Below, piece by piece: positions 47,223 through 54,792 of a stretch of 55,651 nt of DNA. The stretch comes from an uncultured Gammaproteobacteria bacterium (GTDB taxonomy: Bacteria; Patescibacteriota; Patescibacteriia; UBA1558; GWA2-36-10): positions 1 to 55,651 of the forward strand of contig CAZEWH010000005.1 in the NCBI GenBank assembly GCA_964515785.1, in the 5' to 3' direction. The notes beneath the pieces are model-generated. The model saw nothing but the letters and a program-made list of their open reading frames with translations, did not search any database and was not told the origin of the DNA. The position numbers were made by a program, and so were the translations under genes. The first letter of the stretch is position 1, and each line of letters begins with the position of its first letter.

Positions 47223-47405
47223 TTACATGTTTAAAAATGCTAGCATTTCATAGGCCATCAAAGCTGGCCAAACAAAAGCCTGTATTACTCCCAAGACTCC
47301 GGCTCCAAAGCTATCAGCCTGTTGGACAAAATAGACTAGTGAGCCTACAAAGCCTAGACAGTATAGACCACCACCACTGGCAACGTGTTTACATTTGTTT
47401 TTCAT
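47223..47405 (-). CDS. Small membrane protein (60 aa)
   Basis: Two hydrophobic helices. It lies 15 nt downstream of the deaminase gene on the same strand. Confidence 0.4.
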   Translation of the reverse strand: MKNKCKHVASGGGLYCLGFVGSLVYFVQQADSFGAGVLGVIQAFVWPALMAYEMLAFLNM

Positions 47406-47420
47406 AATATTTTTGATTAA

Positions 47421-48464
<1,044 letters not shown>

Positions 48465-48474
48465 CTATTTATTA

Positions 48475-48503
48475 TTGACTAAAGTTATTATAAAATCTAT
48501 ACT
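48475..48503 (+). promoter_or_regulatory. Promoter of tRNA-Ser
   Basis: TTGACT (48475-48480), 17-nt spacer, TATACT (48498-48503). The tRNA starts at 48515. Confidence 0.55.
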
Positions 48504-48514
48504 AAAATCTGTTT

Positions 48515-48604
48515 GGAAGGGTGCCAGAGTGGTCGAATGGGCCTGCTTGGAAAGCATGTGAACCTTTACGGGTTCCGCGGGTTCGAATCCCGCCCCTTCC
48601 GCCA
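48515..48604 (+). tRNA. tRNA-Ser (anticodon GGA), class II with long variable arm, CCA encoded
   Basis: Acceptor GGAAGGG/CCCTTCC. Anticodon loop TTGGAAA. Variable arm GAACC-tttacg-GGTTC. T-arm GCGGG-TTCGAAT-CCCGC. Discriminator G plus CCA. Confidence 0.9.
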
Positions 48605-48674
48605 TCCGCCTACGTCCGCCTACGCTTTGCTTTGGCGTGACTACGGCGAGATGTCGGTAATTAAGAAAGGCGAT

Positions 48675-48959
48675 ATGTTTTATACTTATATTTTAAAACA
48701 AAAAGATATAAATCATTTTTATATCGGTTATACAAATAACTTAAAAAGAAGGATAGAAGAACATAAAAGTAGTGAAACTATTTCTACACAAGGAAGATTA
48801 TGGAACTTATATTGTTATTTTGTATTCCCTACTAAAAAGTTAGCTGAAGATTTTGAAAGATATTTAAAAACAGGATCAGGTAGAGCTTTTTCTAAAAGAC
48901 ACTTCGCATTTAAAATCGACGAAGCTTTAGTAAAATCAGGCAAATCGACGAAGCTTTAG
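48675..48959 (+). CDS. GIY-YIG nuclease family protein (UPF0213/YhbQ-like)
   Basis: MFYTYILKQKDINHFYIGYTNNLKRRIEEH...YLKTGSGRAFSKRHF. The upstream part of the ORF-track entry overlaps the tRNA and is not coding. Confidence 0.75.
   Translation: MFYTYILKQKDINHFYIGYTNNLKRRIEEHKSSETISTQGRLWNLYCYFVFPTKKLAEDFERYLKTGSGRAFSKRHFAFKIDEALVKSGKSTKL
48913..48959 (+). repeat. 18-nt perfect direct repeat at the 3' end of the GIY-YIG gene
   Basis: aaatcgacgaagctttag occurs at 48913-48930 and 48942-48959. Confidence 0.8.
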
Positions 48960-49046
48960 CGAAGTCGTTTGACAAAAAATATTATTTTATATTAAGATAA
49001 AAATTGTGCTTTAGTTCCTTTTCATACTCGTTTCAAGGAGGAATAT

Positions 49047-49229
49047 ATGGGTCATTCAGGCTGGGACTGTAAAAGTTGTGGTCATAAAAACAAACGTAAG
49101 GCTGAGCATTGCATCTGTGGTCGTCATCGTCATGATCGTAGCAAAATTAATCATCATCCAACTGAGCTGGACAAAGGATCCAAAGCCAAGCAACCAGTGG
49201 TCAAGCCAACAACCGATAGTAAATCTTAA
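49047..49229 (+). CDS. Small basic Zn-ribbon protein (60 aa)
   Basis: SD aaggagga. WDCKSCGHKN...HCICGRH (CxxC...CxC). Own terminator ctctgagtc-tatcat-gactcagag plus T-run at 49260-49289. Confidence 0.5.
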   Translation: MGHSGWDCKSCGHKNKRKAEHCICGRHRHDRSKINHHPTELDKGSKAKQPVVKPTTDSKS

Positions 49230-49309
49230 AATCAAGCAAAATCAAATCAAATATCATTACTCTGAGTCTATCATGACTCAGAGTTTTTTGATTGATAGGC
49301 TAGAAAATA

Positions 49310-49348
49310 AAAAAACAGCCCTTTGAGTATATTTAGGGCTGTTTTTTT
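49310..49348. terminator. Bidirectional terminator
   Basis: aaaaaacagccc-tttgagtatattt-agggctgttttttt lies between convergent genes. Confidence 0.65.
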
Positions 49349-49413
49349 ATAGTAAACTATTTCTTTGAAGTAATTCTCTTATTTATTAGTAGAATATTAT
49401 TCTATACAGTGTA

Positions 49414-49584
49414 TTAGTTTTGTTCCTGTTGTGTATCTTCATCGCCTGAGTCTTTCAAGCCTTTTCTTAAATTTCTGATAGCTTCAGCAATGTTTTTTCC
49501 AAGTTCTGGGATGAACTTTGAGCCAAAAAGTAAGATAAGGACAGCAATAATAATTATAAGCTCTTTTGCGTCTAATCCAAACAT
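49414..49584 (-). CDS. tatA: Twin-arginine translocase TatA/E family protein (copy 3, 56 aa; not in the ORF track)
   Basis: The reverse-strand translation is MFGLDAKELIIIIAVLILLFGSKFIPELGKNIAEAIRNLRKGLKDSGDEDTQQEQN. ATG at 49584, TAA at 49414-49416. Confidence 0.8.
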   Translation of the reverse strand: MFGLDAKELIIIIAVLILLFGSKFIPELGKNIAEAIRNLRKGLKDSGDEDTQQEQN

Positions 49585-49611
49585 AAGATTTGTTTATTAA
49601 ATTTTTATTTA

Positions 49612-49821
49612 TTATACCTGTTCTTTATCGACATTTTCGACACTTTTAGTATCATCGACATTTTCGACACTTTTAACATTGTCAGTATCTTTAAATCCTC
49701 CTCTGAGATTTTGAATACCCTCAGCAATACCTTTGGCAAGTTCTGGAAGTTTCTTTGAACCAAAGAGTAAGACAACGACAGCAACAATGATTATAAGTTC
49801 TTTTGTTCCTAATCCAAACAT
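49612..49821 (-). CDS. tatA: TatA/E family protein (copy 2) with a repeat-containing acidic tail
   Basis: MFGLGTKELIIIVAVVVLLFGSKKLPELAKGIAEGIQNLRGGFKD. The tail contains a 27-nt tandem repeat (KSVENVD twice). Confidence 0.85.
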   Translation of the reverse strand: MFGLGTKELIIIVAVVVLLFGSKKLPELAKGIAEGIQNLRGGFKDTDNVKSVENVDDTKSVENVDKEQV

Positions 49822-49854
49822 AAAATTTGTTTATTAAATTATTAAATGAAGGTA

Positions 49855-50055
49855 TTATACCTTCTCTTTATCGACATCATCGACACTTTTAGTATCATCG
49901 ACACTTTTAGTATCATCAACATCTTTAAATCCTCCTTTGAGATTCCGGATGCCTTCAGCAATACCTTTGGTAAGTTCTGGAATTTTCTTTGAACCAAAGA
50001 GTAAGATGACGACAGCGGCAATGATTATAAGTTCTTTTGCTCCTAATCCAAACAT
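49855..50055 (-). CDS. tatA: TatA/E family protein (copy 1) with a repeat-containing acidic tail
   Basis: MFGLGAKELIIIAAVVILLFGSKKIPELTKGIAEGIRNLKGGFKD. The tail contains an 18-nt tandem repeat (DDTKSV twice). Confidence 0.85.
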   Translation of the reverse strand: MFGLGAKELIIIAAVVILLFGSKKIPELTKGIAEGIRNLKGGFKDVDDTKSVDDTKSVDDVDKEKV

Positions 50056-50369
50056 AAAATTTGTTTATTAAATTATTAATAGCACTTCCATTATACACCA
50101 TTATTTGACGGGAGTAAAGAGGTGATAATAACATTAAAATAGATCTTTTATTTATAGCATTAATAGCTTATTTAGGCTTAGGTTCGCCTTAATAAATGAC
50201 ATCAAGCGGTCAACAATTTCATAATATTATTATATTAATAGTTATTTGTTTTAAATCGAGAAATTTACTATAATAAGTTCTAAAAATTTTGCATAAGTAT
50301 TTTAATATGGTAAAATTTATACGTATATCTATATTTTCTATTATTGAGTAAAAAATTGGATAAAAATCA

Positions 50370-51011
50370 ATGCTTGGCAATAAAAATAAAAATAAAATAG
50401 GCTTTTTTTCAGCAAAAACTTCTAAAAAAGTCGCTGATTCGCGCGAACCTTTAGATTTGCGAATAGGTGGAATGGGTGGGATGCCCTTGGATGGGATGCC
50501 CTTGGATGGAATGATAATAGATGGAATTATTAGAAAAGAAAGTTTGATCCAAGAAGAGATAGAAGAAAAGACAGCGGAAGAGAAAATTGATAATAGAAAA
50601 AGAACATTTTTGAAAACTGCAGGGGTTGCGGGGATTGGTTTAGCTGCTTCTACTTTACTCCCAAAGTCAGCAGAAGCATACGTTGCTGGTAGTACTCCGA
50701 CTTCCAACGTAGTAGGACTTAAAAATGCGGCTAACACTAGAATCAATCCTGCTACTGAAGATACAAGTGCTACTTTACTAAAAACTTCAGATTTGACTTT
50801 TGATGCTGGGGCTGTGGAAGTCAAAGTTACTTCTATGCCTGCTTCGGGTGGTACTAGTGCTTTTAGTGATGCATCAGACGTGGACCAAAAAGGTTTGGTT
50901 GATGGTGACAGACATGTACAAGTTGATGTCTTGAGTTCAGCACTACCAACATCTGCTTCGACCGAAACTACACTTCAAACTATTTCATTTGGTGGAGTTA
51001 AATATTCTTAG
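50370..51011 (+). CDS. Hypothetical exported protein with an internal Tat-like (KR) signal; ends at an in-frame TAG
   Basis: NRKRTFLKTAGVAGIGLAASTLLPKSAEA resembles the Tat motif (S/T)RRxFLK plus h-region plus AxA. A short GMPLD repeat lies upstream. The antisense ORF 50219..50824 is rejected. Confidence 0.5.
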   Translation: MLGNKNKNKIGFFSAKTSKKVADSREPLDLRIGGMGGMPLDGMPLDGMIIDGIIRKESLIQEEIEEKTAEEKIDNRKRTFLKTAGVAGIGLAASTLLPKSAEAYVAGSTPTSNVVGLKNAANTRINPATEDTSATLLKTSDLTFDAGAVEVKVTSMPASGGTSAFSDASDVDQKGLVDGDRHVQVDVLSSALPTSASTETTLQTISFGGVKYS

Positions 51012-51698
51012 GCTATTGTCACTAGTTCAACTTCATCAACTAAAGCAGCTCCTCAAACCCCTTCTCTTTCTCCAGATGGCAAGACCATTTCTTTTGTAGG
51101 TGGAATTCCAGGAGGCATAAATGCCGATAAAATTACTCTATTTAATATTATTGTTGAAACCAATGAAGCAGGCGATATAAATTTTTCTCCCGAAAATGTC
51201 ATTGCTTTTGCTAATGATGGGCAAGGTACAAAACTTCCTGTTAGGGTTAATGATTTAGAAATTAAGGTAGTCCCTAGAAATATCGATGATGTGGTCAATA
51301 ACGAATGGCTTGATTTGGTAAATCAAGACAAGGAGAGTCCAAGCGTTCTGCTCATTAATTTAGGAAGAGAACATTCTATGTTTGAAGGCAAGAGATTTGC
51401 TTTCTTTACATCTATAGATGAACAGTCAGGTGTGAGCCATTATGAGGTCTCTGAAGATGGAGGACCGGCAATTCGAAGTGGTAATATGTATGTTTTACGA
51501 AACCAAGACGACGATAGTACCCCTGATTTGGTAGTAACCGTATATGATAATGCTGGCAATAAAACAACTGCGGTTTATAAGGCACCAGATTATGCTGTCC
51601 TAGGTTTTCCTATTAAGCTTTCTACAATTTTTGTAGCAGCATTTATAATATTTATATTTGTACTAGGGTTTATTGTTAGAGCAAAAAGAAAAAAATAG
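51012..51698 (+). pseudogene. Start-less continuation in the same frame: half cohesin-like domain, SGVSHY Ig-like module and TM anchor (remnant or read-through product)
   Basis: The frame is open from the TAG at 51009-51011 to the TAG at 51696-51698. No ATG, GTG or TTG occurs before 51291. PDGKTISFVGGIPGG...DINFSPENVIAFANDGQGTKLPV...LEIKVV aligns with the second half of the cohesin-like domain of the next gene. Confidence 0.5.
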
Positions 51699-51733
51699 AA
51701 ACAAAGAAAAAAACAAAGAAAAAAATAGAAATA

Positions 51734-53467
51734 ATGTTTAGATTAATTAACAAGTTTAAAGTTGGACATTTTTTTCTCCTGCTTTCATGCATGGTGTCTT
51801 TGTTGTCTTTTGCCAACAAAGCTGAGGCAGCGACTTTGTTTTTTTCTCCTAGTACTGCAAATGTTTCTGTGGGCAACATAGTGTCTGTTAAGATTTTTGT
51901 TAATACATCAGGCGACCCAATAAACAATGCAGAAGCAGTTATTCAATTTCCTCCTGATTTATTAGAAGTGGTTTCTGTAAGTAAAAGCCCTTCTGTTTTT
52001 TCTTTGTGGGTTGAAGAACCTACTTTTTCTAATGCATCAGGTATTGTAAAATTTAATGGTGGGATTCCTAGTCCAGGCTACAACGGAGGTGGTGGTTCTA
52101 TTGCATCGATTACTTTTAAAGCCAAGGCTCCCGGAACTGCATCACTTCTTTTTTCAAATGCTGCAGTACGAAAAAATGATGGTTTAGGAACAGATATTTT
52201 GACTTCAGCTAGTTCTGGTACTGTTAAAATTAGTGTTGTCGAAGAACCAGAACCAGAGCCTGATCCTGGTCCAGAACCAGAGCCTGATAATATAGGAACA
52301 CCTCTAGCTCCACAAATAAAATCTTCTACCCACCCTGATCCTAATTCTTGGTATGCAGTGAGTATTGCAGAATTTAACTGGGATTTACCAGTCGGCACTA
52401 CAGGTGCTAGATTGTTGGTTGGAGAAAAACCTCAATCTACTCCATCAATTACTTATGTACCAGCAGTTAGTGAAAAAACATTAGAAGCCTTGGATGATGG
52501 CATTTGGTATTTTCATGCACGACTTAGAAATGCTCGTGGCTGGGGAGATGTAGCACACTTTAGATTCCAAATCGATACCGTAGATCCAGAATATTTCAAT
52601 ATGGAGATGGTGTCAGAAACAGATCTGACCAATCCAACCCGTAGCTTTACCGTTGATGCTCACGATGTTACTTCAGGTGTTAGTCATTATACAATACAAA
52701 TAGACGATGGTGATGCCATAGAATGGTATGACGAAGAAGAAACAAAAATCTACACAACTCCGGTACTAGGTCCTGGTCGACATACCATAACCATGAATGT
52801 TTTAGATAAGGCTGGTAATTTCCTGACTAATTTTGAGGAATTTGTTATTGAACCATTGGATCCACCGACTATTACTGAATATACCGAGAAATTAACCAAT
52901 AAAGATCTTTTTGTAGTAAAAGGTGAGAGTTATCCAAATTCTCAGGTAGTCATTTGGTTACAATGGGGAGCTACCGAACCACAAAATTATATAGTCAAGA
53001 CAGATACATCTGGTAGATTTGCTTTTGTAGCAGAAGAAAAATTGAAAGATGGTAATTATCAATTATGGGCTGAAGTTATTGATGAACGAGGAGCTCGTAG
53101 CGAAGCAAGCGAAAAATTGAAAGTTTTGGTCCAACCTACTAAGTTGTGGCAGATAGGAATTATGACCAGCAATATCTTGTCTGTTACAATTCCGCTGATA
53201 GCTCTGTTATTCCTATTAGTATTTATGGTTTGGTATTTATGGTTGAAGTTGGTAGTACTTCGTCGTCGAGTTAGACGTGAGGCCAATGAAGCTGAAATGG
53301 TTCTACATAAAGAATTTAAGGCACTCAAGAAGCGCTTAACTGCACATATTATTACCATAGAAAAGACTGGTAAGAGACGTAAACTAACCGCTATAGAAAA
53401 AAGACTAGCTACTCAATTAAGGAAAGAATTAAGTGTGATTGAAGATAAGATAGATAAAAAAAAATAA
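51734..53467 (+). CDS. Cohesin-domain surface protein with PEPEPEPD linker, Ig-like modules, TM anchor and cytoplasmic coiled coil
   Basis: Signal peptide ..LSFANKAEA. ATLFFSPSTANVSVGNIVSVKIFVNT...AEAVIQFPPDLLEV...GSIASITFKAKAPGTASLLF is a cohesin-like fold signature. EEPEPEPDPGPEPEPD linker. TM ILSVTIPLIALLFLLVFMVWYLWL. Confidence 0.7.
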   Translation: MFRLINKFKVGHFFLLLSCMVSLLSFANKAEAATLFFSPSTANVSVGNIVSVKIFVNTSGDPINNAEAVIQFPPDLLEVVSVSKSPSVFSLWVEEPTFSNASGIVKFNGGIPSPGYNGGGGSIASITFKAKAPGTASLLFSNAAVRKNDGLGTDILTSASSGTVKISVVEEPEPEPDPGPEPEPDNIGTPLAPQIKSSTHPDPNSWYAVSIAEFNWDLPVGTTGARLLVGEKPQSTPSITYVPAVSEKTLEALDDGIWYFHARLRNARGWGDVAHFRFQIDTVDPEYFNMEMVSETDLTNPTRSFTVDAHDVTSGVSHYTIQIDDGDAIEWYDEEETKIYTTPVLGPGRHTITMNVLDKAGNFLTNFEEFVIEPLDPPTITEYTEKLTNKDLFVVKGESYPNSQVVIWLQWGATEPQNYIVKTDTSGRFAFVAEEKLKDGNYQLWAEVIDERGARSEASEKLKVLVQPTKLWQIGIMTSNILSVTIPLIALLFLLVFMVWYLWLKLVVLRRRVRREANEAEMVLHKEFKALKKRLTAHIITIEKTGKRRKLTAIEKRLATQLRKELSVIEDKIDKKK

Positions 53468-53495
53468 TAAATTAAAAAACAAAAAAAAAAAAATT

Positions 53496-53532
53496 TTAGA
53501 CCCGCGAGGTTCTAGAACCTCGCGGGTCTTTA
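53496..53532 (+). terminator. Intrinsic terminator (second identical copy of 34511-34547)
   Basis: ttagacccgcgaggttctagaacctcgcgggtcttta. Confidence 0.75.
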
Positions 53533-53554
53533 TTTTTCGTGTTATAATATATCT

Positions 53555-54031
53555 ATGAAATTATCGATTAAAAAAGGATTTTCATTTGGTCTGACTTCTG
53601 GGATTATTACGACTTTGGGTCTAATGGTAGGTTTATACGCTAGTACATCATCCGAGATGGTAGTATTGGGAGGTATATTGACTATTGCAGTAGCTGATAG
53701 TTTATCTGATGCTTTAGGTATTCATATGGCTGAAGAATCTGTTCGAGGCAATACTCACAAGCAGGTTTGGGAATCAACTATTGCTGCTTTTTTTACCAAA
53801 TTTTTATTTGCTTTGACATTTATTATTCCGGTTTTGTTTTTAGCATTACAAACTGCTATTATTATTAGTATAGTATGGGGTTTGATATCTTTGATATTTA
53901 TCAATTATTTTATTGCCAAAGATAAAAATGAAAAGTTTTGGGTATTAGCAGCCGAACATGTTTCTATCGCTGCCGTTGTTATTGTAGCTACTTATTTCAT
54001 TGGTATTTGGATTTCAACAGTATTTAAATAA
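53555..54031 (+). CDS. VIT1/CCC1-like membrane protein (putative iron/manganese transporter family)
   Basis: GLTSGIITTLGLMVGL...AVADSLSDALGIHMAEES plus C-terminal TM helices. Similarity was judged by eye only. Confidence 0.45.
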   Translation: MKLSIKKGFSFGLTSGIITTLGLMVGLYASTSSEMVVLGGILTIAVADSLSDALGIHMAEESVRGNTHKQVWESTIAAFFTKFLFALTFIIPVLFLALQTAIIISIVWGLISLIFINYFIAKDKNEKFWVLAAEHVSIAAVVIVATYFIGIWISTVFK

Positions 54032-54047
54032 TAATTAATTAAAATAT

Positions 54048-54326
54048 ATGGATATTTATACATTTGTTGGTATTTTAGGATTAGTAATTATTTCAATTAG
54101 TGTATATTCTCAAAAGAAATACATTGAAGATTTACTTTATATTTTAGGTGGTGCATCTCTGTTTCTATATAGTTATTATATTGCAGATTTTATATTTATT
54201 ATTTTTTCTGTACTATTTGTAATATCAGCCTTTGTACATTTATTTAGAACAATTATACCTAAAAAAGTTAATAAAAAAGTCGATAAAGTAGTTGATAAAG
54301 TAGTTGATAAAATAGAAAATAATTAA
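54048..54326 (+). CDS. Small three-TM membrane protein with a KKV(D/N)K repeat tail
   Basis: Three hydrophobic helices. The tail KKVNKKVDKVVDKVVDKIENN is encoded by a 12-nt tandem repeat. Confidence 0.45.
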   Translation: MDIYTFVGILGLVIISISVYSQKKYIEDLLYILGGASLFLYSYYIADFIFIIFSVLFVISAFVHLFRTIIPKKVNKKVDKVVDKVVDKIENN

Positions 54327-54335
54327 TAAAAAAAT

Positions 54336-54758
54336 ATGTCTATTACAAAACAAGAACTCATCAAATTACTCAACAAAGATCTAGAACTAGAATATTCAGC
54401 AGCTATTCAGTATATCAATCATGCTGCTGTCATGACTGGAGCTCAATATGGTGATATTATCAAAGAGCTCAAAGTTCATGCCAATGAGGAAATTGCTCAT
54501 GCCTTGGTGCTGGCTGACCAGATTGCCTATCTAGGTGGTATGCCATCTGTAGACGTTGGTAATATAGAAGTTGACAAAGACAATATCAAAATGCTTGAAC
54601 AAGATTTGGCTGGTGAAGAAGATGCTATCGCCAGGTACAAAGTCAGAGTACAGCAGGCTGAAGAATTACAAGAATATGCTCTGTCACAGCAATTGCGTAA
54701 TATTTTGGCTATGGAACAAGAGCATGCCATGGATCTAGAATCTGCTTTAGGCAAATAA
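54336..54758 (+). CDS. Ferritin-like (bacterioferritin-family) di-iron protein
   Basis: LELEYSAAIQY, HANEEIAHA, LAGEEDAI and AMEQEHAMDL give the E / ExxH / E / ExxH ligand pattern. It lacks the Bfr haem-binding Met (EEIAH instead of EMKH). Confidence 0.75.
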   Translation: MSITKQELIKLLNKDLELEYSAAIQYINHAAVMTGAQYGDIIKELKVHANEEIAHALVLADQIAYLGGMPSVDVGNIEVDKDNIKMLEQDLAGEEDAIARYKVRVQQAEELQEYALSQQLRNILAMEQEHAMDLESALGK

Positions 54759-54792
54759 AATAATAAAAAAATAATTATTAAATTATAATACT

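Noticed and set aside
48513-48674. The N-terminal 54 codons of ORF-track entry 48513..48959 (MEGCQSGRMGLLGKHVNLYGFRGFESRPF...).
   Set aside because: This stretch is the translation of the tRNA-Ser gene and the GC-rich repeat after it. GIY-YIG homology begins at MFYTYIL (48675).
50219-50824. A 201-aa minus-strand ORF antisense to the 50370 gene.
   Set aside because: Its product is low-complexity, and part of it runs through AT-rich promoter DNA. The plus-strand frame carries a recognisable Tat-like signal and coherent sequence.
51009-51011. Genome-wide reassignment of TAG to an amino acid as the explanation for the in-frame TAG.
   Set aside because: TAG clearly terminates several well-defined genes here (30785, groES, 45639 and uvrC on the minus strand), and TGA and TAA are also used as stops.
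53468-53497. A long A-run (aaaaaacaaaaaaaaaaaaa) after the cohesin gene as a possible slippage or phase-variation tract.
   Set aside because: It lies outside coding sequence, between the stop codon and the terminator. It most simply forms the A-rich flank of a bidirectional-type terminator.
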